IMG/VR virus record: IMGVR_UViG_3300028393_000172
Span: 1-37,026 of that record
Length of the DNA: 37,026 nucleotides
Direction: 5' to 3' (one strand)
Origin: a virus
Taxonomy: Duplodnaviria; Caudoviricetes
Both the position numbers and the translations under genes were made by a program. The notes under the pieces were generated by a model. The model saw only the letters and a list, made by a program, of their open reading frames with translations. It made no database searches and was not told the origin of the DNA. Positions 9,207 to 17,694 of this stretch are shown here, piece after piece. The number at the start of each line of letters is the position of its first letter. The stretch's first letter is position 1.

Positions 9207-11417
9207 ATGTACACGATTCACGGCGAAAATTATGGATATTCAGTTGCTACATATGGAGATTATGTAGCGATTGGAAATCCCCCGTTTCTTGGATCCGTTA
9301 CAAGTGGATCTGTAATTGTTAAAAAATACAATTATTCATCCGATACTAATTCAGATTACCTAACATTATATAAAAAATACAACTCTTCGTTTTCAACGAA
9401 CGATGATTTTGGTCACAGTATTTCAATTTATTCAAATGATTTGGCAGTATCCTCACGATATTATACATCATCATTCGGAACTGGCTCATCCGTTGATATT
9501 TTTGATTTGTCAACGACTTCTACATCTTCATATTTTTCTATATCCAGTTCATATAATGATGAAAGTGGAAGTTTTGGAGATGTTGTTTCTCTAGGGAACA
9601 ATATAATTGCAATTGGTTGTTCAAAAAAATACAATAACAAAGGGTCGGTTTACATATACACTAAAAATGGATCGTCTTGGCAATATTTACAAACCCTAAC
9701 CGGAAGTAATAGTATCTCAGGCGACTATTTTGGAATTTCTCTAAAGATTGATCCCAGCGGAAGTAATCAATTAATAGTCGGAAACAGTTCGTCTGTTTCT
9801 CCATATGGAATGGTTTATATTTTTGAATCATCTTCATATGGATGGAATCAAACTACAATTTTAAACGGAGATAAGAATTATCAATATGAACTTCCATATT
9901 ACCAATTAATACCATCCAATATAACCTCACAAACATATGATAATTATGGATATAGCGTTTCTATATACGGAGACAAAGCAATAGTTGGTTGTCCAAATGA
10001 ATCCCAATATTATGAATATACAGACTCATCAAATTTAATACAAAGAGGGTGTGTATTTTTATATTATAAATGTAATATTACCAACAAGTGGGTATTTGAT
10101 AGTAAATTTTATAATGGAAAGTTTGATGTAAATCAACCACTATTAAAAAACAATAAATTAGGATTCGCCGTTGATTTGTTTGGAAATTTTGCAGTTGCAT
10201 CTTCATTGAAACTTAATTTTCCATTTAGTACCAGTTATATTACACAATCACTAAACCAAGTTTTGTTTGATGAATCAACTTATAACTTGAATACTTGTCT
10301 GGGATATGTTTACATATATCAATACACAACATCTTCTTGGTCCCCTCAACAAAATTTGACGAAGATAAAAATACCAGGAAAACCACACACGGTATTTGGT
10401 TATGACGTTTCATTATCGGATAAATCAATAATAGTTGGATCTCCATGTTTATTATTAAACACTGACAGATACATTACGGAATCAATTTCTAATTATACGA
10501 ACGTACACGGATATTCATATTATTATAATTTTTCCAATTTAACGAACAACCATCATATTGGGAACGTATTTTATAGAAATGGAACGGTGGTGTTAAAAAC
10601 ATCCGGTTCATTATTTGACAAACTGATGATAAACGGCAGTCCCTACCAATATCCGTTACCATATTATAATGTTAAATACAATTCACAAATAACTTTGCAC
10701 GAAAATCAAACAATTTGTGAAATTGTGCCTGGCGAGTATAATGTCAGTACAAATCCAACTGCAATATATAGAAATACATTCACATATGATATAAATCAAG
10801 ATAAGAAATTTGATTTCCAAGATATAGACTTGATTTTAAGATACATGTGTAATTTAAACTTGGGAAATGAACAATGGTGGAATGTTGTCATAGAAAATAA
10901 CTATGAAACCAGTTTATTTAACTATTATAGTGGATTACAAAGTGATATTCAAAATGCACCGATATCAAGAACGGTAACGAATTATTTTAGTGGTTCATTA
11001 TTGACTTCACAATATTCTACATATTTGAGCAGTATCAAAACTGACTTGGATATTGATGGAAATGGGTCGGTAAACATAAATGATATGTTTATATTGTGGA
11101 AGTATTTTAGTCATCAATTGACTGACAATATATATAAGACCCTCGTCACGCCAAAATCTACACGATCTAAATATATAGATCTTATAAGTTATTTGGATAC
11201 CAAGACACGTAAGATAAATCCATCTTACATTACACCCGAATTCTTTAACTATCAATATAGTTCTTCGGTTGATAAAACTGGTTCATTTTTAGCACCATAT
11301 ATCACCACAGTTGGTTTATACAGTGGAACAGATTTGGTTGCAATTGGAAAATTGGGTATTCCTATTAAAAATAGTGGAGATTTTCCGATAAATATTTTGG
11401 TAAAATGGGATGTTTGA
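9207..11417 (+). CDS. Baseplate protein with seven FG-GAP repeats (beta-propeller) and two dockerin/EF-hand-like motifs
   Basis: Seven (F/Y/L)G-x-x-(V/I/L)...G(x)P-type repeats; DINQDKKFDFQD and DIDGNGSVNIND motifs; C-terminal PYITTVGLY...LVAIGK. Confidence 0.7.
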   Translation: MYTIHGENYGYSVATYGDYVAIGNPPFLGSVTSGSVIVKKYNYSSDTNSDYLTLYKKYNSSFSTNDDFGHSISIYSNDLAVSSRYYTSSFGTGSSVDIFDLSTTSTSSYFSISSSYNDESGSFGDVVSLGNNIIAIGCSKKYNNKGSVYIYTKNGSSWQYLQTLTGSNSISGDYFGISLKIDPSGSNQLIVGNSSSVSPYGMVYIFESSSYGWNQTTILNGDKNYQYELPYYQLIPSNITSQTYDNYGYSVSIYGDKAIVGCPNESQYYEYTDSSNLIQRGCVFLYYKCNITNKWVFDSKFYNGKFDVNQPLLKNNKLGFAVDLFGNFAVASSLKLNFPFSTSYITQSLNQVLFDESTYNLNTCLGYVYIYQYTTSSWSPQQNLTKIKIPGKPHTVFGYDVSLSDKSIIVGSPCLLLNTDRYITESISNYTNVHGYSYYYNFSNLTNNHHIGNVFYRNGTVVLKTSGSLFDKLMINGSPYQYPLPYYNVKYNSQITLHENQTICEIVPGEYNVSTNPTAIYRNTFTYDINQDKKFDFQDIDLILRYMCNLNLGNEQWWNVVIENNYETSLFNYYSGLQSDIQNAPISRTVTNYFSGSLLTSQYSTYLSSIKTDLDIDGNGSVNINDMFILWKYFSHQLTDNIYKTLVTPKSTRSKYIDLISYLDTKTRKINPSYITPEFFNYQYSSSVDKTGSFLAPYITTVGLYSGTDLVAIGKLGIPIKNSGDFPINILVKWDV

Positions 11418-11420
11418 TAA

Positions 11421-11428
11421 TATTTATA
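11421..11428 (+). promoter_or_regulatory. Putative late promoter TATTTATA
   Basis: Exact motif upstream of the 11447 ORF. Confidence 0.55.
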
Positions 11429-11446
11429 ATAAACGAACTATAATAT

Positions 11447-11725
11447 ATGCCTAATCCAATTTCAAGAGATTCTTTGGTTAAAACCCTAGAAGATAGATAT
11501 AACACCCAATCCGCCGGTGGTTCATTCAATGCTAAAAAAATTGATACTACTGCGGGTGATATAGTTCCAACAGACCGCAATTCGGTAAACGTTCAAGATA
11601 CATTGTATCGTGAAGGTGGTTTCAAGATTAAAGAAACCCAAACCGGTTTCAAAGATGCACAAGGATATGTATCCAAACAACTCTCTCAATATATAAAGGG
11701 ATTTAATAATAAACGTTACAAGTGA
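11447..11725 (+). CDS. Small hypothetical protein
   Basis: 92-aa ORF preceded by the promoter motif. Confidence 0.7.
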   Translation: MPNPISRDSLVKTLEDRYNTQSAGGSFNAKKIDTTAGDIVPTDRNSVNVQDTLYREGGFKIKETQTGFKDAQGYVSKQLSQYIKGFNNKRYK

Positions 11726-11745
11726 AATATACTATATATTAGTAT

Positions 11746-11856
11746 ATGGTTATATTAGGACTGGATTCGTCTACATCGGTAACGGGTTGGGCATTTTGTG
11801 AAAATGGAATAATACTTGATGTGATTCAATACAATTTTTTGTATTTTTTTGTATAA
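11746..11856 (+). pseudogene. Orphan N-terminal fragment of a RuvC-like resolvase (36 aa, not in the ORF track)
   Basis: Hand translation gives MVILGLDSSTSVTGWAFCENGIILDVIQYNFLYFFV*. The first 25 aa align without gaps (11 identities) to MNVLGIDLSSTVCGYAISNEGKIID of 12261-12800. Confidence 0.8.
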
Positions 11857-11875
11857 TATTGATATATATTATTAT

Positions 11876-12007
11876 ATGAAACAAAAAGATTTAAAAACTA
11901 TAAGAATTCCAATTGAAACATATAATATGCTCAAAAATTATTGTGACAAGAAGGGATATAAAATATATAAATTTGTATCGGAATTAATAAATAACAATAC
12001 CAAATAA
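11876..12007 (+). CDS. Small ribbon-helix-helix-like DNA-binding protein (43 aa, not in the ORF track)
   Basis: MKQKDLKTIRIPIETYNMLKNYCDKKGYKIYKFVSELINNNTK shows a beta strand (KTIRIP), helix, Gly turn and helix. It has its own TATATATT motif 5 nt upstream. Confidence 0.65.
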   Translation: MKQKDLKTIRIPIETYNMLKNYCDKKGYKIYKFVSELINNNTK

Positions 12008-12011
12008 TATT

Positions 12012-12280
12012 ATGCATACCGATTTTTATGTTTATTATTTAATTGATCCGGTCAACGAAAAACCATTTTATGTTGGAAAGGGTCGTCTTGGAAGAATGTA
12101 TCAACACGAAAAAGATGTTAAAAGCGGTAAAATTGCAAATCTAACAAATCAAGGTCTGACTGATAAAATTGCTTCAATATTAAATGAAAATAAAAAAATT
12201 ATTTATCTATGTTAAGAATCAATAGAGGAGGAAGAAAAACATACAAAGGATATAAAAAATATGAATGTATTGGGAATTGA
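12012..12280 (+). pseudogene. Decayed GIY-YIG (LEM-3-like) homing endonuclease
   Basis: FYVYYLIDP...PFYVGKGRLGRMYQH stops after 67 aa (12215), before the region expected to hold the catalytic Glu. A -1 frame remnant LSMLRINRGGRKTYKGYKKYECIGN* (12203-12280) resembles a NUMOD1-like C-terminus. Confidence 0.7.
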
Positions 12281-12800
12281 TTTATCTTCAACCGTGTGTG
12301 GTTATGCTATTTCTAATGAAGGAAAAATTATAGATGGTGGATTTATTGACATTTCAAAATTAATATCTTATAAAGAAAAAGCTAAATGCATTATTGACGT
12401 ATTAAAACACAAATCTTTTGAAAAAATACAAGTAGAGGAATCTCTTGCAAGTTTTACGTTTGGAAAATCTAGTCAACAAACAATCTTAAAACTCGCAATG
12501 AATAAAGCTGTTATTTGTTATATATTAGAAGAAGAATTTAAAGTAGAAATTTTATCAGTTAACGTTAATACCATGCGTAAACAGTTATTTGGTAAGTGTA
12601 GAATTAAAGGTGTTAAATCAAAACAATTTGTAAAATCAGAACTAGAATCACTTTGTCCAGATGTAATTAAATTTACAGTTCTTAACAAAAAAGGCAACTG
12701 GGACGAACGAAATGGTGATATGTATGATGCAATAGTTACGAGTTGTTATGACCCAGCAAAAGATAATAGAACTGATAAGAAAAGTAAAAGCTCTCGCTGA
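12261..12800 (+). CDS. ruvC: RuvC-like Holliday junction resolvase
   Basis: VLGIDLS (Asp), IQVEE (Glu) and DMYDA (Asp) give the RNase H-fold catalytic pattern; 179 aa. Confidence 0.8.
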   Translation: MNVLGIDLSSTVCGYAISNEGKIIDGGFIDISKLISYKEKAKCIIDVLKHKSFEKIQVEESLASFTFGKSSQQTILKLAMNKAVICYILEEEFKVEILSVNVNTMRKQLFGKCRIKGVKSKQFVKSELESLCPDVIKFTVLNKKGNWDERNGDMYDAIVTSCYDPAKDNRTDKKSKSSR

Positions 12801-13443
12801 CAAGGGGGTTAGTGGAGAATCTGTATCTGCGAAGGAAAAGCTTAAACGGTTGTGTGACAAGTATAATATATCAGAGAGTGACCTCCACGATTTAGATGAA
12901 AAAAATGATTATATACTTTTATTCCGAGATAAAAACGAAAGAGAATTGTTGTTAAACATTGTCTGTATGGTATTGGATGTTCCGACATTCAAGTGGAACG
13001 AAAATAAATTGGGTGCAAAAATGAAGCTCACAGAGTTCCAATACAGAGATATAATTTCTGCATTTGAATATTATCAAAAAATGTATGATGACTATAAACG
13101 ATATTTGATTCAAGGTATGTTGGCAAGAAACGCCGTTGGTTATGTTCCAAAACCCCAGACATATACACAAGAAAATGTAGTTCAACAAGACATTCCATCT
13201 ACTCCACAACAAGAAGATATTACAGAAGAAACCGACGAAACAAAAACGGATTCTTTAAATGAAGAAACCGGTTCAACGAACACTTCAAAAAAGAAAAAGA
13301 AAAAGAAAAAATATGAAGAAATTGAATCCCCAATTGATCCTATCAAATTAATGAAAGTTGCCGTCGCACTTGAGAAAAATCCATGGGTAAAAACAGATCC
13401 CAATAAAAAATTGATTGAAGAAGTTTCTGATGGTATGATATAA
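12748..13443 (+). CDS. DUF2786-like domain protein
   Basis: N-terminal IIELIRKVKALADKG..GE..SAKEKLKRLCDKYNISESDL; low-complexity acidic and poly-Lys segment near the C-terminus; 53-nt overlap with ruvC. Confidence 0.65.
   Translation: MTQQKIIELIRKVKALADKGVSGESVSAKEKLKRLCDKYNISESDLHDLDEKNDYILLFRDKNERELLLNIVCMVLDVPTFKWNENKLGAKMKLTEFQYRDIISAFEYYQKMYDDYKRYLIQGMLARNAVGYVPKPQTYTQENVVQQDIPSTPQQEDITEETDETKTDSLNEETGSTNTSKKKKKKKKYEEIESPIDPIKLMKVAVALEKNPWVKTDPNKKLIEEVSDGMI
13411..13439 (+). promoter_or_regulatory. Sigma70-type promoter for the primase/Mre11-Rad50 genes
   Basis: TTGATT (13411-16), 17-nt spacer, TATGAT (13434-39), with an extended -10 TG at 13431-32. The primase ATG is at 13447. Confidence 0.6.
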
Positions 13444-13446
13444 CGG

Positions 13447-14394
13447 ATGTTATTATATCAAGAAACCATAATAAATAGTTTAAATAAACTGCTAAATCAG
13501 ACTCCTAAGATACGAAAGGGAACTGATGCGGTATATTTTTGTCCAGTTTGCAAACATTATAAAAGAAAGTTAGAAATTAATTTGGTGACTGGTAAGTATC
13601 ATTGTTGGGTATGTGAGTTTGGTGGGTTAAATTTAAAAACTCTATTCAAAAAACTCAAAGCGCCGGCTTCTTATTATAGTATACTTGGAGAAAACAAATC
13701 TTTTTTTGTTCCGAAGAGGAACTTTGAAATACTTTTTGATGAAGTCCCGGAAGTTTCACATACAGTTTTACAATTACCCAATGAATATAAACCGATGTGG
13801 GAACCGAGTTCAGAACTACCATATCGTCATGCATTGGTATATCTTAAAAATCGAGGAATAACGAAGGAAGATATTATAAGATATAATATAGGATATGTAA
13901 CTGAAGGTGAGTTGAGAAACAGAATAATCGTACCGTCATATGATTCCGATGGATCTTTGAATTTTTATACCGCCAGAAGTTTTTATGAAACCAAATACCT
14001 AAAATACGTTAGTTGTTCATTTTCAAAGAACATAATCGGATTTGAACTTTTAACAAATTTTGAAGAACCAATCACACTCGTAGAAGGTCCATTTGATGCG
14101 ATGACAGTAAGAACTAATACTGTGCCACTTTTCGGAAAAACTTTAAGCGAAAAACTGAAAATGAAATTGTTGGAATATGATGTTCCGATGGTAAATGTAT
14201 TGTTGGACAATGATGCAATTAACGACGCAATTAAAATTTGTGAATTTTTGATTAAAAATAATATTCCGACCAAATTAATAACTCTACAAGACAAAGACCC
14301 AAATGTCTTGGGATTTGAAAAAACTTGGAAAATAATAGAAGAATGTGATACTATAGATTTTGAGAAACTATTTAAACTAAAGGTTATGACATAA
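13447..14394 (+). CDS. DNA primase (Zn-ribbon plus TOPRIM, DnaG/gp61-like)
   Basis: CPVC...CWVC zinc-binding domain; YLKNRGI, RIIVPSYD, VEGPFDA and LDND motifs. Confidence 0.9.
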   Translation: MLLYQETIINSLNKLLNQTPKIRKGTDAVYFCPVCKHYKRKLEINLVTGKYHCWVCEFGGLNLKTLFKKLKAPASYYSILGENKSFFVPKRNFEILFDEVPEVSHTVLQLPNEYKPMWEPSSELPYRHALVYLKNRGITKEDIIRYNIGYVTEGELRNRIIVPSYDSDGSLNFYTARSFYETKYLKYVSCSFSKNIIGFELLTNFEEPITLVEGPFDAMTVRTNTVPLFGKTLSEKLKMKLLEYDVPMVNVLLDNDAINDAIKICEFLIKNNIPTKLITLQDKDPNVLGFEKTWKIIEECDTIDFEKLFKLKVMT

Positions 14395-14395
14395 T

Positions 14396-17300
14396 ATGGT
14401 TACCAAGTTACAATGTAAAATAAATGAGTTCACAAACATTCTGCATATTGCGGATGTTCATATAAGGCTCACAAAAAGACACGACGAATACTTGGAAGTG
14501 TTCAACCGTTTATATAAATCAATTGAAAAGACACCATCTACCACATTAATTGCCGTTTTGGGAGATTTGTTTCATAGTAAAAGTGATCTAAGTCCCGAAT
14601 GTGTAAAGATTGCGTCAGACTTTCTACAAAATTTAGCAAGATTAAGGCCCACCGTTTTGATTGCGGGAAACCATGATGCTACATTAGCGAACAAAAATAG
14701 ATTGGATAGTTTGACTCCAATTGTTGAACCCATCAAAAATGAAAATTTGTTTTATTTAAAAGACTCCGGTATTTATACCATCGGCGATATAATGTTCAAT
14801 AACTTTTCCGTATTTGATGAACATGAACAGGAAAAGTATGTAAATTATAAGGACATTCCAAAAAACTGTCTCAATGAAACACGTTATCGAATTGCATTGT
14901 TTCATGGTGCAGTAAATGATGCAGTCAATGATATTGGATATAAGATTTCAAATAAATCTATTCAGAATCAAATGTTTGATAATCACCAAATTGTATTATT
15001 GGGTGATATTCATAAACATCAGGTTCTTCAACAATACGATGAAGATCAAAATAAACCAGTAATTGTGTATGCAGGATCTTTCATTCAACAAAACCACGGT
15101 GAAGATCTTAAAGGACATGGATTTGTTTACTGGGATCTTAAGACAAAGGCGTTTAAACATTTTGAAATTGCCAATGATTATGGCTTTTATACAATAGAGG
15201 TTAACAAGGGAAAGTTAAAAACAAATGTCCAAAATATTCCCAAGAAAGCTAGATTGCGAATTAAATGTTTTGAATGTGTAACGACAGAAGTCAAATCCGT
15301 TCTCGCTGACATCAATAAAGTTTCAAACGTCACCGAAGTTTCTTATGTTAGAGTTGACGGCGAAAATTCGTCTTCAAAAAATATAATTGATAATACAAAT
15401 TTGAATATCAATAACATTGTTGACGTTGATTACCAAAACAAATTGATATCAGAGTATGTAAAAAATAAAGTTAAAGTAGACGATGACGATTTGTTACAAA
15501 GAGTATATACAATCAACAAAGAACTGAATTCGTCACTACAAAAAGAACAGGTTGTCAGAAACATTCGATGGAAACCAAAGAAGTTTGAGTTTGATAATAT
15601 GTTTAGTTATGGCGAAGATAATATAATTGATTTTTCAAAGATGAAAGATGTAGTTGGATTGTTTGCATCCAACGCATCCGGGAAATCAAGTATATTGTCG
15701 GCATTGTCATTCTGCATTTTTGACAAATGTGATCGTGCCTACAAAGCATCCCACGTATTAAATACTCAAAAGATGTCTTTTAAATGTAAATTTAACTTTG
15801 AAATTAACAAGGTTGATTACTACATTGAACGAAATGGATTATCTGATAAGAAGGGCAATGTAAAAGTAGATGTCAAATTCTGGAAAGAAGAATGTGGAAA
15901 AGTTACAGAACTTAATGGAGAAGCTCGTCGTAGCACTAACGATATTATCAGAGATTATGTAGGAACTTATGATGATTTTATCCTTACAGTTTTGAGTGTT
16001 CAAAATAATAGAGCTGGATCTTTCATTGATATGGGGCAAACTGAAAGAAAAGATTTGCTCTCTCAATTCATGGGACTCAATATATTTGATACGTTGTATA
16101 ATTTAGCAACCGAAAAGACCAAAGAAATTAATATATTGGTGAAAAACTTTAAAAACAATGACTATACTCAAAAGTTGATATCATTAAATAATATAATTGA
16201 AGTTTCTTCTAGTATGTTGACGAGTGAAAGGACTTCACTTGAACAGTTGAATCTAGATCGTGAGAATCAAAATAATAATTTATTGGAAGAAACCAAAAAG
16301 TTAATTAATATAAACTCGGAGTTTACCAATATTACGGTTCTTGTCAATATGGAAATTTCATATAATGATAACATTGTGAGTTTATCATCTGAATTATCCA
16401 CGTATCAATCCCAACAAAAATTGATTGAAAATGAATCAATTGTGGTTAGTGGGTCAGTGAGTTCGTTTGAACAACAAAATATTGAAACTAAATATAAAGA
16501 ATATACACAACTACAAAAACAATACCAAGACAAAAAAAATGAATTGGATCGCATCAAAATCGTCGTTGCTAACAAATTGGAAAAATTAAAAACACTTGAA
16601 CAACACAAATACGATCCAAATTGCGAATATTGTATTAATAATGTATTTGTGAAGGACGCAATCAAGACAAAAGAGGAAATTGATAAAGATAAAGCCGACG
16701 CATTTATATTGTTTGAATTTTATACAAAATTAAAAAATCAAATAAATTTGTATTCTGTTGTAGAAAATGACTACGAATCATATAAAAAATTATTGACACA
16801 AAAATCAAATTTGGAAAATAAGATCAATAAAATAAATAATGTGATGCTTTCAACTGAAAACAAAATTGCATCAGATAAAAATAAACTTGAGTCAGTGGTT
16901 CAACAAATTGACGATTTCAATAAACAAAAAGATGTCATTGAATCTAATATACAAATTAAAATTATTATTGAAAATATAAGAAACCAAATCAAAGTAATAG
17001 ATCAAAAGATAAAGCAAAAGAATAATGAAATAATTACTCTAAATTCAAATTACAATAGTTCAATAGAACAAAAGAAAAATATAGAAAAAATCATCGAAGA
17101 TACCAAAAAAATGGAAAGTCAATCAGAAGCATATCAATTATATGTGTCTTCTATTGGACGAGATGGGATTCCATATGAATTGATTTCTCAGGCGATGCCT
17201 GCAATTGAAAAAGAAGTCAATGATATATTGAGTCAAATCGTTGAATTTACAATAAGTTTATCAACCGATGGCAAAAATGTCAGCACTTTTATAAATTACG

Positions 17301-17602
17301 AGGATAAAAAATGGCCATTGGAACTATCTAGTGGAATGGAACGATTTATTAGTTCTCTCGCTATACGAGTTGCATTGATTAATATATCAAACCTACCACG
17401 ACCAAATTTTATAGCAATTGACGAAGGTTGGGGTAGTCTGGACGCAGATAATTTGGCTACAACTAGTACATTATTCTCATTCTTAAAGACAAACTTTGAT
17501 TTTGTGTGGATAGTTAGCCATTTGGATAGTATGAGAGATATGGTAGACAATCGTATAGAAATCAAAAAGGAAAATGGATTCAGTAAAGTCTCGTTTATCT
17601 AA
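14396..17602 (+). CDS. Fused Mre11/SbcD nuclease - Rad50/SbcC ATPase (T4 gp47-gp46-like)
   Basis: Phosphoesterase motifs DVH, GDLFH, GNHD, FHG and GDIH; Walker A ASNASGKSS; zinc hook CEYC; signature SSGME; Walker B IAIDEG; D-loop SLD; H-loop VSH. Confidence 0.92.
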   Translation: MVTKLQCKINEFTNILHIADVHIRLTKRHDEYLEVFNRLYKSIEKTPSTTLIAVLGDLFHSKSDLSPECVKIASDFLQNLARLRPTVLIAGNHDATLANKNRLDSLTPIVEPIKNENLFYLKDSGIYTIGDIMFNNFSVFDEHEQEKYVNYKDIPKNCLNETRYRIALFHGAVNDAVNDIGYKISNKSIQNQMFDNHQIVLLGDIHKHQVLQQYDEDQNKPVIVYAGSFIQQNHGEDLKGHGFVYWDLKTKAFKHFEIANDYGFYTIEVNKGKLKTNVQNIPKKARLRIKCFECVTTEVKSVLADINKVSNVTEVSYVRVDGENSSSKNIIDNTNLNINNIVDVDYQNKLISEYVKNKVKVDDDDLLQRVYTINKELNSSLQKEQVVRNIRWKPKKFEFDNMFSYGEDNIIDFSKMKDVVGLFASNASGKSSILSALSFCIFDKCDRAYKASHVLNTQKMSFKCKFNFEINKVDYYIERNGLSDKKGNVKVDVKFWKEECGKVTELNGEARRSTNDIIRDYVGTYDDFILTVLSVQNNRAGSFIDMGQTERKDLLSQFMGLNIFDTLYNLATEKTKEINILVKNFKNNDYTQKLISLNNIIEVSSSMLTSERTSLEQLNLDRENQNNNLLEETKKLININSEFTNITVLVNMEISYNDNIVSLSSELSTYQSQQKLIENESIVVSGSVSSFEQQNIETKYKEYTQLQKQYQDKKNELDRIKIVVANKLEKLKTLEQHKYDPNCEYCINNVFVKDAIKTKEEIDKDKADAFILFEFYTKLKNQINLYSVVENDYESYKKLLTQKSNLENKINKINNVMLSTENKIASDKNKLESVVQQIDDFNKQKDVIESNIQIKIIIENIRNQIKVIDQKIKQKNNEIITLNSNYNSSIEQKKNIEKIIEDTKKMESQSEAYQLYVSSIGRDGIPYELISQAMPAIEKEVNDILSQIVEFTISLSTDGKNVSTFINYEDKKWPLELSSGMERFISSLAIRVALINISNLPRPNFIAIDEGWGSLDADNLATTSTLFSFLKTNFDFVWIVSHLDSMRDMVDNRIEIKKENGFSKVSFI

Positions 17603-17641
17603 AAAAAGTTATAAATATTGATATCTTGAGTTTTTTTGGAA

Positions 17642-17649
17642 TATTTATA
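17642..17649 (+). promoter_or_regulatory. Putative late promoter TATTTATA for the tail sheath gene
   Basis: Exact motif. A purine-rich GAAAGGA at 17678-17684 follows and is the only obvious SD-like site noticed. Confidence 0.55.
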
Positions 17650-17694
17650 TTTAACATTTTAAAAAAATTATTTTTTTGAAAGGAAATATATAAT

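Noticed and set aside
11746-12335. Self-splicing intron joining the orphan RuvC fragment to the ruvC body
   Set aside because: The downstream gene has its own complete N-terminus, and the interval is filled by ORFs with no evident intron core.
12261-12800. RuvC gene as a TnpB/Cas12-like effector
   Set aside because: It is only 179 aa with a contiguous resolvase-type RuvC, no Zn-ribbon or REC/WED regions, and no adjacent array or room for a guide RNA.
13288-13311. Poly-Lys run as a nuclear localisation signal or eukaryotic-virus indicator
   Set aside because: It is explained by an A-rich slippage tract, and all other evidence points to a tailed bacteriophage.
17657-17681. Hairpin overlapping the sheath SD-like site
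   Set aside because: It consists almost entirely of homopolymer A-U pairs and is too weak to support.
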